In this document: one piece after another, positions 23,881 to 35,900 of the stretch
How the letters are laid out: every line of letters begins with the position of its first letter
Numbering within the stretch: the first letter of the stretch is position 1
Origin: Chiloscyllium plagiosum
Lineage: Eukaryota
DNA: 64,000 nucleotides
NCBI RefSeq assembly: GCF_004010195.1
Contig: NC_057719.1
Span: 33,903,981-33,967,980 of the forward strand
Direction of reading: 5' to 3'
Notes under the pieces: model-generated
The model's input: the letters and a program-made list of their open reading frames with translations, nothing else
Told to the model about the DNA's origin: nothing
Database searches by the model: none
Program-made: the position numbers and the translations under genes

Positions 23881-24485
23881 GTAAAGTGCATAAACCATGT
23901 TTTACATATTACACATGTGGAAGACAGATCAACCGAAGGCAGCGGCATTTGAACATGTGTACAAATGTTGTATACAAACTAAAACGCATCACCCACTCTT
24001 CCCCTGAAATAGCAGGTGCTGTGCTTGGAGGCAGGGCTTGCAGACCCAAACCTCGGCCACTATTTTTGTAACAATGGACAGCTTCTGCATCTGTGAGAAA
24101 ACATAGGTCTAAGTATGGTCTAATCAAGATTGGATACAAGTTTAATATCGCCTCTTTATTTTTCAATTCTATCCCTCTAGAAGTAAGCCATAGTGCTTCT
24201 TTGTTTTTGTTGTTGCCTCATTGATCAGCATTACAACTTGTGTATTTGAACTCCCAGATCACTTGACTTCTCTTGTCACTTAGCATCTTAGTTTGTAATT
24301 ACTATGTGACCTCCTTGGTTTTCTTAACAACATGTAATATTTCACCGATGTTGAAATTGTACATTCTACTGGTGGTGAGCAACTGGTGTAGTTTTGATCT
24401 ACAGCAAACTTAGTTTTAAACAGCACTTTATGAGCTGGCAAAAGTTATATGCCCCCAAAACCACACAGTTTATTGCATTACATTG

Positions 24486-24765
24486 GGTGGCACGGTGGCT
24501 CAGTGGGGTTGGCACTGCTGCTTTACAGCTCCAAGACCTGGGTTTGATTCCACCCTTGGGCAACTCTGTGTGGAGCTGCACACTCTTCTCCTGTCTACGT
24601 GGGTTTCCTCTTGGTGCTCCGGTTTCCTCCCACAGTCTAAAGATGTGCAAGTTAGGTGGATTACCATCCGAAATGCAGGATTATGGGGTAGGGGTGGTCT
24701 GGGTAGGATGCTCTTTGGCATGTTGGTGTAGATCAATGGGCTGAATGGCCTGCTTCCACACTGTG
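24486..24765 (+). mobile_element. HE1-type SINE
   Basis: Head GGTGGCACGGTGGCTCAGTGG...GGTTTGATTCC; core; tail GGGCTGAATGGCCTGCTTCCACACTGT. Confidence 0.9.
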
Positions 24766-25649
24766 ATTATTCTGTCCAATTATTTGGTTTTCTTTAAAAA
24801 AAATTACCTCAATATAAATATACTTGTTCAATCTAATGGCCACATGGAACAGTTAATTCAATTTCGGATTGACTTCTCCTCAAATACCACAGTGTACTGC
24901 AATCTCCAAGGAGTCAGTTGAGGGTGCGATGAGAAGCTTCTCTGGCAGTATGTTTTATTTAAGGCAAAGTTGCATATTATTTAAGTGATTTATGTTATGA
25001 ATAAAGTATAACAGTGATGTGTATACCCCCTGCATTATGTTTCTATTTCTTAGGGTGTGTTTTTACATTGATTATGTAGGCGGCCTGATCAATGGAATAT
25101 TTGATCATCTGACATAATTCTATTCCCATACATAAATAAAAGGTTTTCCAGACTTTGCAGCTGGAAATGCAACTGGCAACAACTCTCTAGCAATATTCCC
25201 AGTAATGCTTGTTCCTCCTGCATGCACAACTGAGGTCCCCACATGACAGCAGCTACTGGAAGTGGCAGTCTCACATCAACATGGCAACCAATATCTACTG
25301 TCTGCCCAGCAGCTGCTGCGCTGTTGTGTGTGGGAGCACTGCTCCTTAATGAGACAAGTTTTATAAGATATGACAAAAATTTTCATGAAATGCCATGTCA
25401 AAATACTCTCCAGAAAACATGGTGAAACTTGGGCTCTTCCTCAAAAATGTCAGATACACCCGTAGGAGCTTTGTGTGTTTTGCAGTAAGCTTTGAACAAT
25501 AGAAGGCATGACTTCTGAATGTTTTTTTAGGTATGTCGATTCAAAAGGGAGGACCTTATCCATTTCAATTCAGTTTGGAATTTGATAGAGGTCTGGTAGT
25601 CTGATGACCAGATACAAAAAAGTAATGAAGCTTTCTTTTCTTCATAATA

Positions 25650-25985
25650 CCATAAGACCATAAGACATAGAAGCAGAAATTAGGCCATTCAGCTCATCGA
25701 GTCTGCTCCACCATTCAATCATGGCTAATTAGTTTCTCAATCCTATTCTCCCACTTTCTCCCCGGAACCTTTGATCCCCTTGATACTCAAGAACCTATCT
25801 ACCTTGGCCTTAAAAATACTCAATGACCTGGCCTCCACAGCCTTCTGTGGCAAAGAATTCCATAGACTCATCACTCTCTGGCTGAAGAAGTTTCTCCTTA
25901 TCTCCGTTCTAAAAGGTCTTCTCTTTACTCTAAGGGTGTGCCCTCGGGTCCTAGTCTTTCCTGCCAATGGAAGCATCTTCCCAAT
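25650..25985 (-). mobile_element. 5'-truncated CR1 3' end
   Basis: Minus ORF TRTRGHTLRV..FRTEIRRNFFSQRV..LWNSLP; short tandem tail (ACCATAAG)n; near-identical to 50997-51312. Confidence 0.9.
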
Positions 25986-26132
25986 AATCTTTCAACACGT
26001 GAACTTATCCTGCAAGTGTGAGTAAAACAAGAGATGCAAATGTCTTGATGTTTCACCAAGCTTCAGTGACTCTCAAGTGGAGTGGTAATTCTAATCCAGT
26101 CCATTTGTATCCACAATGTGGCTATTTTGGGA

Positions 26133-26745
26133 AGATAGTGGCATAGTGATAAGATCACTAAACTAGTAATCTATTGACCCAAGCCAACACACTGGGGACC
26201 TGGATTCAGATCTCATCATAGGCGAAAGACCTGTCACCTTTACTCCTACCTCCATCCACTTTTTGCACTCTCATCTACCTTACCCCCAGGCCCAGCTCCT
26301 CCCATTTATCTCTTCACCCCCAAGGCTCCCAACTTCATTCCTGATGAAGGGCTTTTGCCTGAAATATCAATTTTCCTGGTCCTCAGTTGCTGCCTGACCT
26401 GCTGTGTTTTTCCAGCACCACATTCTTGACTCAGATCTCACCATGCTGACTAGCGAAATTTAAACTTGATAAATAAATCCAGAACTGAAACCTATTGTAA
26501 GCAATGGTGATCATAATGCAATTATAAAGTATTGTAAAGACCGATCACGTTGACTAATGTCTATTGGGAAAGAAAATCTGCTGTCTTTACCTGAGCTGGC
26601 TTACAGGTGACTCCATACCATCTGCAATTTGGTTGACTCTCAACTATACTTTGAAATGGCCAAAAGAGTCATTCACATGTAAAGCAACTGGGGATAGACA
26701 AATGCTGACCCAGCTAGCGATACCCATATCCCATGAAAGCACAAA
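26133..26745 (+). mobile_element. Second tRNA-derived SINE family, split by a family A insertion
   Basis: Head TGGCATAGTGATAAG...GGATTCAGATCTC; body matches 41735-42046. Confidence 0.75.
26220..26430 (+). mobile_element. Penelope-related element, family A, 3'-truncated
   Basis: CCTGATGAAGGGCTTTTGCCTGAAA at ~26340; duplication TCAGATCTCA(T/C)CAT at 26206-26219 and 26431-26444. Confidence 0.8.
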
Positions 26746-27795
26746 TAACGCAGTCTATGCTTGTCAGGTGATTGTAACAGCTACTTTAAATCCATTTTAA
26801 ATCATGAAAATGTCAGGTATTAAAGTCAAGTAATGAAAATTGAATATTGGCAGTCAATTTTCAGTATAAGGGTAACAACAGTTTGGACTTAAGTTTCTGT
26901 ATTAAAATGTCAGCCATTTTGACAGCTCAAATATGAGCATTTTGGGATTAAAAAAAAGGATTTTTAAATTTGTAACAAGCTCATGCCTTTATTTGACACG
27001 GCAAATTAGTTAAATAAATACTTGAAAGACCAAATTTGACTGGGTTAAAAGAAAGGAACAGGGGAATAGGACGAATTAGATAGCTCTTTGAAAGAGTTAG
27101 TATTCTTCATTTGTGATATAACTTTCCATAATTTTATAAATTCATAGTGAAAGGGACGGAATTAAAACTGGCTGAGCTTGTTGATATCAGTGCTCTTTTG
27201 CTACGGGTTATTATTAACTTTGTCCTGATACATTCAGATAGAATATCATAGATTTAACTTAGCTTTCAAAGATTTCAAGAGACCAAAATAAAAAAGGAGG
27301 AACAATCTCTTTGACTTATATAGAGGAGAGGAATAGTAGCTTGTGAGTTGCAATGATAACTTGGCCATTTCACTGAGCATGAAATTGAACACCTTTCACA
27401 GAAGACACATTCATTCAATCCTTTATCACCCAGAAATGAATTCAATTAGAAATCTGTTAACTCAACATCACACTAAACAAATTTTACTCACTTTTTCTAT
27501 TCAATTTTCATTATCTACATAAGAGATGTAAATATACATGAATAATTGAATGATAATATGGATTTCCCAAGCCATCTACAGAATTTATTAATTTGCAGTA
27601 CTGAATAAGACAAATCTTTAATAATTGAGAAATACTCGGTTGAGTTTCTGTATAAAACATCCCAAGTTGTTTTTTATGTTTAGTAAGCTTGTATTATCAT
27701 TGTTAGAGCATTGTCTGAAGTATTGTTATAATGATTAACTTTAAACCTGATCTGACTGTTTAAGGTCAGTGTTCAAAGTGAACACATTCAGGTAA

Positions 27796-28294
27796 AAAGT
27801 TAAAAATCACATAACACCAGGTTATAGTCCAACAGATTTAATTGGAAGCACTCTAGCTTTCGGAGCGACGGTCCTTCATCAGGTGATTGTGGAAATGTGT
27901 AAAACTTTCATGTGTAAATCACAAAACCCTTTTTTTTAAAGTTGCATTCTCGGGTTAGCTGTTAACAATGGTGATAGCTAGACAATATGTTAATGCAACT
28001 TTTAAAAAAAGGGTTTTGTGATTTACACATGAAAGAAGTGAAACTATCACTGTATTCTAACAGATGAAAGGTTTAACAGACAATCAATTTTTCAATGTAT
28101 AATTTCAGTTACATCACACTGCAAATTTTTGCTATAAATTCTGTGTTACGATCGAGCCCTCCACAATCACCTGATGAAGGAGCGTCGCTCCGAAAGCTAG
28201 TGTGCTTCCAATTAAACCTGTTGGACTATAACCTGGTGTTGTGTGATTTTTAACTTTGTACACCCCAGTCCAACACCAGCATCTCCAAATCATG
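27796..28294. mobile_element. Fold-back Penelope-related element, family B, about 500 bp
   Basis: Outer arms 27796-27893 vs 28161-28257, inner arms ~27905-27948 vs ~27992-28035; perfect 12-bp TSD ACATTCAGGTAA at 27784-27795 and 28295-28306. Confidence 0.9.
28168..28202 (+). ncRNA. Intact minimal type I hammerhead ribozyme motif (family B)
   Basis: CAC-CTGATGA-A-GGAGC-GTC-GCTCC-GAAA-GCTA-GTG: helix I CAC/GTG, 5-bp helix II, AGCT palindrome, CUA triplet with predicted cut after 28199. Confidence 0.8.
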
Positions 28295-29539
28295 ACATTC
28301 AGGTAATTACAGCTATCTGGAGGGACCACAATCTGACAATGGGTGCTGTCTGACTTAGTCTTATTGCACTTCATATTGCCAGTATTATTTGATGAGGCAC
28401 AAAGACTACAGGGGCAGTTCCTGGGAGACTATCAAGACCAACAGCTGGTTTATTGTAGTTGAAGCTGAGTCCAATTCAGCATCGATACATGCCTTCATCA
28501 AAGGTTATAATGCCACTTGGTATTCCCCAAACTATTGTTGAACCCTTTTTATTCCACCAAAAACTCCCACAGATTTAATGCTCCAAAGATATCTGTCATC
28601 AGAGTTCATGAGAGCACACTTTTCTTTAAATCCTTGATTATGCTTCATAATGTGACATTAGTTTTGAATGTTTAAGAGCTGTCTTCAAAAGAAAATAATA
28701 AACTCAGGCCTGCTGTGAATCACAAGTGGTTGCAGTTAGGAATTATAACAAGGACATTTTAAATTCTTTTTTTATTGCGGCTTTCATTCTTATATTTTAA
28801 CAAGAGCATTGGGGAATTCTCACCCAGCAGAAGACAGCTGAAGTGGTTCGAGTGAAGTATTCACCATAGCACAATTTCAGAAATGTTTAAATAGTTAGTT
28901 CCTGAAATGTAAAGGCTAGCAATTTAATACCGGACTGATGGAACAGAACATCTGCTCATATAATGAACCCAGTGCTGTCTTATGGGGTCAACAAATTTAA
29001 ACAGGAGCAGAGCATCACACGGCATGCCCTCTTTTCAGACCATTTCCCCCACACCTTACAATTTAAGCTTTTTTTAAAAAAAAGTTGTAACTTGTTTGGA
29101 AGTGCAATGATATCAAAGCATCTCAGATAAAGGGAAACCAGTCATTAATCTCCCTTTCGTCTTAGACTTAAGGATTTAGGAAGATGCAGTAGGAGATAGA
29201 GAAGGACATATTGTGCAATAGTGTAAATTGATGGATAGAAAAAGGATTGGATTGGAGAAAAAAATAGAAAAGTTAAGATTTATAAGTTTTTTTATGTTTT
29301 AATGTTTCCAACAATATTTTACACCACACTTTAAAGTTCTGGTCTAGATATTGATGGAAACATAAATCTCACATTAGAAGGAGTACTTATATTGTTAAGT
29401 AATACTGAAATGATTTATGTACTAATAATTGTGAGTGCCATTAAACTTGCTATCATACATTTGGAACCAAATTCTGGGTCAATGCTGGGGTGACATAAAT
29501 CAAGTACGTTGAGGGTAGAGGAGCGTGGTAAGAGAAAGT

Positions 29540-29752
29540 GATTCTGAGAGAATGACAACAGGACTTGAAACTAGGTAAGGACAGCAGATTACCTTCCCTG
29601 AAGGACAGTGGTGAACCAACCAGTTTGCTGTAATGAGCAGTTGTAGTTTCATGATTTCTATTATTGGGACAAATCTTTAATCATGTCACCAGGTGTTAGT
29701 CTGGGCTTTTGAGTTACTAGACTAGTGATGTTACAACTATGCCATCATCAGC
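29540..29752 (-). mobile_element. Second SINE family, degenerate copy
   Basis: GGTAAGGACAGCAGATTACCTTCCCTGAAGGACA is the reverse complement of the core at ~41896-41930. Confidence 0.6.
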
Positions 29753-30734
29753 CCTCAGTGCTAGAATCCAAAGCCCCCTCACCATTGTATTATGAAAGGA
29801 TGGAAATCATGTAAAATTCTTTGTTTGTATATTTGACGTGAAGTGAATATTTAAATAGAAACAGTAATTGTTCATTTATTGTAGCACTTCAGAATGCAAC
29901 ATTCTGCATTGAAAAAAATCTGATTTGTTTCATGCTTTATGTAATGTCAAGTTTGAATTGCTGGGTAATGCAGCTTTATACATTTTATCAAGTATATTTT
30001 TGGCACAGTTCAATCTTAGGGCCGAAGGTCTGAGCCATCTATGTCTCATGAGGCTGATGACCAAATGGAACAGACTCCATATCCTCAAGTTAATAATGTA
30101 GTTGCAGAAAATTAACAATCTTATGACAATAGCAATAACACTATAATGTTTCAATTTTCACCTTTTGATTTCCTATTGAAAAAGATGGAAGTTGCTTAAC
30201 TATTTAACATACAGGAAGATTCTTTGAGATTTGTGACTGTTCTTTTCAGATAAATTATGTTAGCACTGAAATGTACAAAATATGTATTCAGGATAATTTT
30301 CTTTTTGACCTTATGAGCCCATTAATCCTCGTCCTGGGCTGGAGAGATCTCCTACTAAATTACAATGATGGCATTCAAGCGACCTCCTTTACTCCACACT
30401 CAAAAGCACTTGAACCCAGAGGCTGACTGCAACGTGACCAGTGGCAGAGTGATGTAATAAACATTAAGGGGCAACAATAACAATCAGTGATGACCTTGAC
30501 CATCCAAATAGAAACCAAAAATGTACAACGTCTCTGCAGAATAAGAAAATAAATTTCTGTTTACAACCATAAAAGATAAAAATGTTTGCCTTCTATGTCA
30601 ACAAAGCATATTGATAAGTAAATAAGGGAATTTGGACAACACCACAATAAGGCACACTAATTTCAAGGCATGTTTTGAACAAAGCGACAACTAAAAACTG
30701 GAGTCAATGAGAATCAAGGAAAAATACTTTTGTA

Positions 30735-31718
30735 TCAAGCCATCTCTGCAGGAGTTCCTCAGGGCACCGTTTTAGGCCCAACCATCGTCTTCAACTGTTT
30801 CATTAACAACATTCGCTCCATCATAGTGAGGACGTTTATCAATGATCACATAATGTTCAGCATCATTCACAATTAATCAGATACTGACACACTCCATGTC
30901 GAAATGCAGCCAACCAGAGACAATATCCAGAGACAATTGGGCCAGCAAGTGGCAAATACAAATCACAGCACACAAAGTCCGGGCAATGACATCTTCAATA
31001 AGAGGCAATCTAACCATTAACTCTTGACTTTCAATAGAGTTACGAACACTAAACCCCCATTTTCAACATCCTGGGGGTTACCATGGGCCAGAAACTGAAA
31101 TGGACCAGCCATTCAAATTCAGTGTCTACAAGAACAGGTCAGAGGCTGAGAATCCAGCAGTGACTAACTCACCTTCTGACTCCCAAAACCTGACAGGAAC
31201 TACAACTCATAAGTCAGGAACATGCAGGAATACTCCACATATGCCTGGATCAGTAAGCCTCCAACAAAACTCAAGAAGCTTGACACCATTCAGGACAAAG
31301 TAGCCTACTTGACTGGCATCATATCCACAAACATTCATTCTTTTTGCTATGGACACTTAGTAGCAGCAGTGTATACCATCTCCAAGATTCACTTAAGTAA
31401 TTCATTGAAGCTCCTTAGACAGAACTTTCCAAATCCACAACCGTTTCTACTGCAAGGAAAAGGTAGCAGATACATGGGAACACCATTACATGCAAGTTTC
31501 CCTCCAAGACGCTCACTATCCTGACATAGAAATTTCCCATTGTTCCTTCAATGTTGTTGGTTCAAAATCCTGGAACCCACTCCCTTGTAGCATTTTGAAT
31601 CTACCCAAAGCATGTGCTTCAAGAAGCAAGCTCACCGTCACCTTCCCAAAGGCAAATAGGAGCACACAATAAATGCTGATCCTGCCAGAGATTCCCAAGT
31701 CCCAAGTGTGAACAAAAA
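30735..31718 (+). mobile_element. Old LINE 3' portion (CR1/L2-type RT)
   Basis: AGVPQGTVLGPTI..FNCFIN; WASKWQ; 3' end CAATAAATGCTGATCCTGCCAGAGAT shared with the second SINE family. Confidence 0.75.
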
Positions 31719-31779
31719 TTAGCTTGAACTAAGGCCCTTTTTGAAAGCAAGTATTTTTTTTAAAACAGCAGTAAAACCT

Positions 31780-32900
31780 AAGGTTTGCAATAAAACATAA
31801 TTTTGCTGTTGCATTCTTCTGGCAAAACACAAGAAATCTTTCACAGATGGTATAATAATTAAAGAAGCAATGACTGTAGCTAGTGACTCTTTATATGAAG
31901 AGCAAAGAAGAAATAACAATGGCACACCAAAGAATAGCACTTGGTGCTTCACAATATGAAAAAAGTGGAATCCTTGTCCAAATACATGATTCAGCAACTA
32001 CAGCAAAGATCTGAAGGATTATGAATGATTCTCACTGCAGTTAGATGAATCGAGAAGTATGACCAACACAGCTGGCTGATTGTTTTTGTGTGGATAGTTT
32101 TAAGGACATAAAAAACTAAAGGGGATCTTTTCACCCTTTCCCTCCTTAAAGAGCTACAATGAATTCAAAAGGTGCAAGCTTGATAAAAATCAAGGAACTG
32201 GTTTCCATCACAACTGATGGTGCACTAGCTATGCTTGTTGTAAACATGGGCTTTGCAGCATTTTGCAGAAATTATCATGATTTCCATATTTTATCAGTTA
32301 CCACTGTATATCCACCGGCAAGCATTAGCAAGTAAAATTATGGACTTCTGCATGTAATAAAAGTTGTTATGAAGATTATAAACTCAATTTGAGAAAGAGC
32401 TCTTCTGTTTCACTTTTAAATCCTTACTTGATGAGCTTCCTGAGGTAGATGCAATTACAACATTTAAAATACATTTGAATAAGTTCATGAATAGGAAAGG
32501 TTTGGAGGGATATAGGCCAGGAAGAGACAGGTGGGACTAGTTTAGCTTGGGGATTATGTTCAGCAAGGCCTGGTTGGATTGAAGGATGTGTTTCCACGCT
32601 GTATGTCTCTATGACTTTATATCTTCACGCTGCCTATGGTGGACCACGCTGATTAGAGATGTTTAAGTGGAGGGAAGATATTTAGATCTGATCACTGATA
32701 TCTTCATTTTTCTTAAATCACGGAATGAAGTTCGCAGTGAGTTGTCAGAAAGTTTGTGGATGTTTGACTTTGGTTCCTTACAGACAGAACACCAAAACTG
32801 AACAAGCCGAGCTGTGGACCACAGGGAAAGAGACTGAGCACATCGGATCAGTGCTGTGAGTGCTTCAGATTGAAACTGTGACTTTGAGCCACCAAATTAA
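31780..32900 (+). pseudogene. hAT (Buster/Charlie, GTF2IRD2-like) transposase fossil
   Basis: In order: LAKHKKSFTDG..IKEAM, FSLQLDES, LIVFV, LVSITTDGALAM, YHC.IHRQALA, VMKIINSI, WMFDF...LQGK-like; frameshifted. Confidence 0.85.
32440..32616 (+). mobile_element. Short CR1 3' end inserted in the hAT fossil
   Basis: ACAACATTTAAAATACATTTG...ATGAATAGGAAAGGTTTGGAGGGATAT...CTCTATGACT, matching the 3' end at 34620-34750. Confidence 0.8.
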
Positions 32901-33564
32901 ATAAGGAGACTTTGGACAAGTGCAGAATTATTTGTATTGTTTGAAGGATGAAGATTTTCAGGGAAGTGAGTAGACTTGTTGTTTTCCACAGAACAGAGAC
33001 ATCTAACAGGAGATTGAGAGTGGTGTTGAAAATCATGAAGGGTTTAGATGGAGTAAATAAATAAAAGTGGTTCTTGTGGCTAAAGAATCAAAAACCAGAA
33101 GGGGTCACATTTAAGATGACTGGGGGAAAGAAACAGAAACCATGTGAAAAAAAATGCTTTTATCTAATGACTAGCTTAGATTTGAAATGCACTGACTGAT
33201 AGCTGGATAGTTGAAGATTCGATAGTTGCCTTCAAAAAGGGATTGGAAAATGTTTGATGGATAAAAAAATCAAAAGATTATGCGATAAGAGTAGGTGAGT
33301 GATGCTAACTGCTTTGGTCTTCAAAAAATCAATCTCAATGGACCAAAAAGTCTCTTTTACACTGTGCTGTTCTGTGCTTCTATTGTAAGAGATGCATGGG
33401 ACTGCATCAAATAGATTAAGTAAATGCACAATGGAAGAATATCCTGGCGTTGTTAAATGATATAGAGTGGATGAAACACATGTGGAGCATCTACAAAACA
33501 TACATGTTACAATACAGAATGTAGCCCAACTGTCAGGATAATTGTATGTTAAAGATCTCATTGA

Positions 33565-34750
33565 ATACAGGGAGAATTAACCATTTGGATACAGAACTGG
33601 CTCAAAGGTAGAAGACAGAGAATGGTGGTAGAGGATTGTTTTTCAGACTAGAGGCCTGTGACCAGTGGAGTCCCATAAGGATCAGTGCTGAGTCCACTGC
33701 CTTTCATCATTTATATAAATGACTTGATGCAAGTATAAGAGGTATAGTTAGTAAGTTTGCAGATGACACCAAAATTGGAGGTGTAGTGGACAGCAAAGAA
33801 GGTTATCTCAGATTACAATGGGATCTTGATCAGATGGGCCAATGGGCTGAGAAGTGGCAGACGGAGTTTAATTTAGATAAATGTGAGGTGCTGCATTTTG
33901 GGAAACAAATCTTAGCAGGACTTATACACTTAATGGTAAGGTCCTAGGGAGTGTTGCTGAACAAAGAGACCTTGGAGTGCAGGTTCATAGTTCCTTGAAA
34001 TTAGAGTTGCAGGTAAATAGGATAGTGAAGAAGGCGTTTGATATGCTTTCCTTTCTTGGTCAGAGTATTGAGTACAGAAGTTGGGAGGTCATGTTGCGGC
34101 TGCTCAGGACATTGAGGTAAAAACAATGACTGTAGATGCTGGAAACCAGATTCTGGATTAGTGGTGCTGGAAGAGCACAGCAGTTCAGGCAGCATCCAAG
34201 GAGCTTCGAAATCGATGTTTCGAGGACATTGGTTAGGCCACTTTTGGAATATTGTATGCAATTCTGGTCTCCTTCCTCTTGAAAGTTGTGAAACTTGAAA
34301 GGGTTCAGAAAAGATTTACAAGAATGTTTTCAGGGTTGGAGGATCTGAGCTATCGGGAGAGGCTGAACAGGCTGGGGCTGTTTTCGCTGGAGCGTTGGAG
34401 GCTGAGGTGTGACCTTATAGAAGTTTATAAAATCATGAGAAGGATGGAGAGGAAAAATAGACGAAGCCTTTTCCCCAGGGTGGGGGAGTCCAGAACTAGA
34501 GGGCATAGGTTTAGGGTGAGAGGGGAAAGATATAAAAGAGAACTAAGGGGCAACCTTTTCACACAGAGGTTGGTAAGTGTATGGAATGAGCTGCCAGAGG
34601 AAGTGGTGGAGGCTGGTACAATTGCAACATTTAATAGGCATCTGGATGGTATATGAATAGGAAGGGTTTGGTGGGATATGGGCTGGGTGCTGGCAAGTGG
34701 GACTAGATTAGGTTGTAATATCTGGTTGGCATGGACAAGTTGGACTGAAC
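33565..34750 (+). mobile_element. CR1/HER1-type LINE 3' portion
   Basis: WIQNWL, SGVP.GSVL, KFADDTK, KLERVQKRFTRM, RTRGH, WNELP; 3'UTR. Confidence 0.9.
34115..34222 (-). mobile_element. 108-bp Penelope-related insertion (family A subtype) within CR1
   Basis: Perfect 9-bp TSD AGGACATTG at 34106-34114 and 34223-34231. Confidence 0.9.
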
Positions 34751-35689
34751 AATAAAGTTATTTGTGCATTCAAAAATAAGTTGCATAATTAATGAAATCT
34801 CTCGAGCTGAATGATTGATTTAATGGGGAGTGCTACAATGTGGTGTTGACATTAGTTGACTATTGTCAAACGTAGTTCCTTGAAATAATGTCATAACATT
34901 CATAATATCATACTTGTCCAAAGACCACAATCAATGCATAGCTTACACATAAGCATCAGATATTGTGAAAATTGCAGAAATATATGATGACTGCAAGTCT
35001 TAAGACACAATTATTGCCCTTCAAACCAATTTTTAACATTATTTCATTTTTAATTCTGTCCAAATTAAAGGTTCTTCCTATTATTCCATCCTATAGAATT
35101 TAATTGAGTACAGTAAAATAACTTTATTTGACAATTTTATTCAATGGTAATCAATGGTAAACTTCATGGGATAACTTATTGTAAAATAAAAGTAAGTCAT
35201 TTTCAAGATAAGTATACACTACCTTTTGTGAATGGTGTCTTAATTTGTTTTGGGGGTCAGGAAATAAGGAAGTTAGATAGAGCCTATCGTATTGATGGAA
35301 CTAATAACTTGTTGGGAAAAAATTTAAATGCTCAAATGATGGTTCGCAGGGAATTGGAATTATCTGATGAGACAGCATTATCACTTTTTGTTTTGTATTT
35401 GCATGAGAATATTTGAAATGTTATAGTAATGTACACCAAGGACTGCAAAACAAAAAGTGAGAGCTCCAAGAAGAAAATATTCAGGTTACCAAATTTTCTT
35501 TGGTGGTTGTCAAAACATAATTCATGGAATTCCATACCCTGGTAGCTAAAGTTCCTCAGTGAAACATTCTTGATTTCATCATATTCCAAAATTTATATCA
35601 ATGTCCTTTCCTGCATCATAAAATATCCAGCTCCATTCAGAGTTTCTCGAACTATATATCACAGCTACAGAAAAACCTGGATAACATCC

Positions 35690-35900
35690 AGAAATAAATA
35701 CAGAATATTCGAGAGAAACTCAACAGGTCAAGTACCATCTGAGGAAAGAGGAACATACTTAACATTTTGAACCCAGTTCTTCACTTCTGAAGAAATGTTA
35801 TGCTAGACTCAAACCATTAACTGTTTCTGTCACCACAGATGCTGCCAGCCTGCTAGGTTTCTGTGTTTGTTTCACATTTTCAGCATCTACAGTATTTTGG
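35690..35900. mobile_element. Old palindromic family D element
   Basis: Degenerate inverted arms around TTCTGAAGAAA; right arm TTAACTGTTTCTGTCACCACAGATGCTGCC. Confidence 0.55.

Noticed and set aside
23511..24071. 186-aa ORF as a gene
   Set aside because: It runs through a family A repeat and has no recognisable domain
24486..24555. tRNA gene (also other SINE heads)
   Set aside because: tRNA-like A/B boxes continue into SINE core and tail, and copies are diverged
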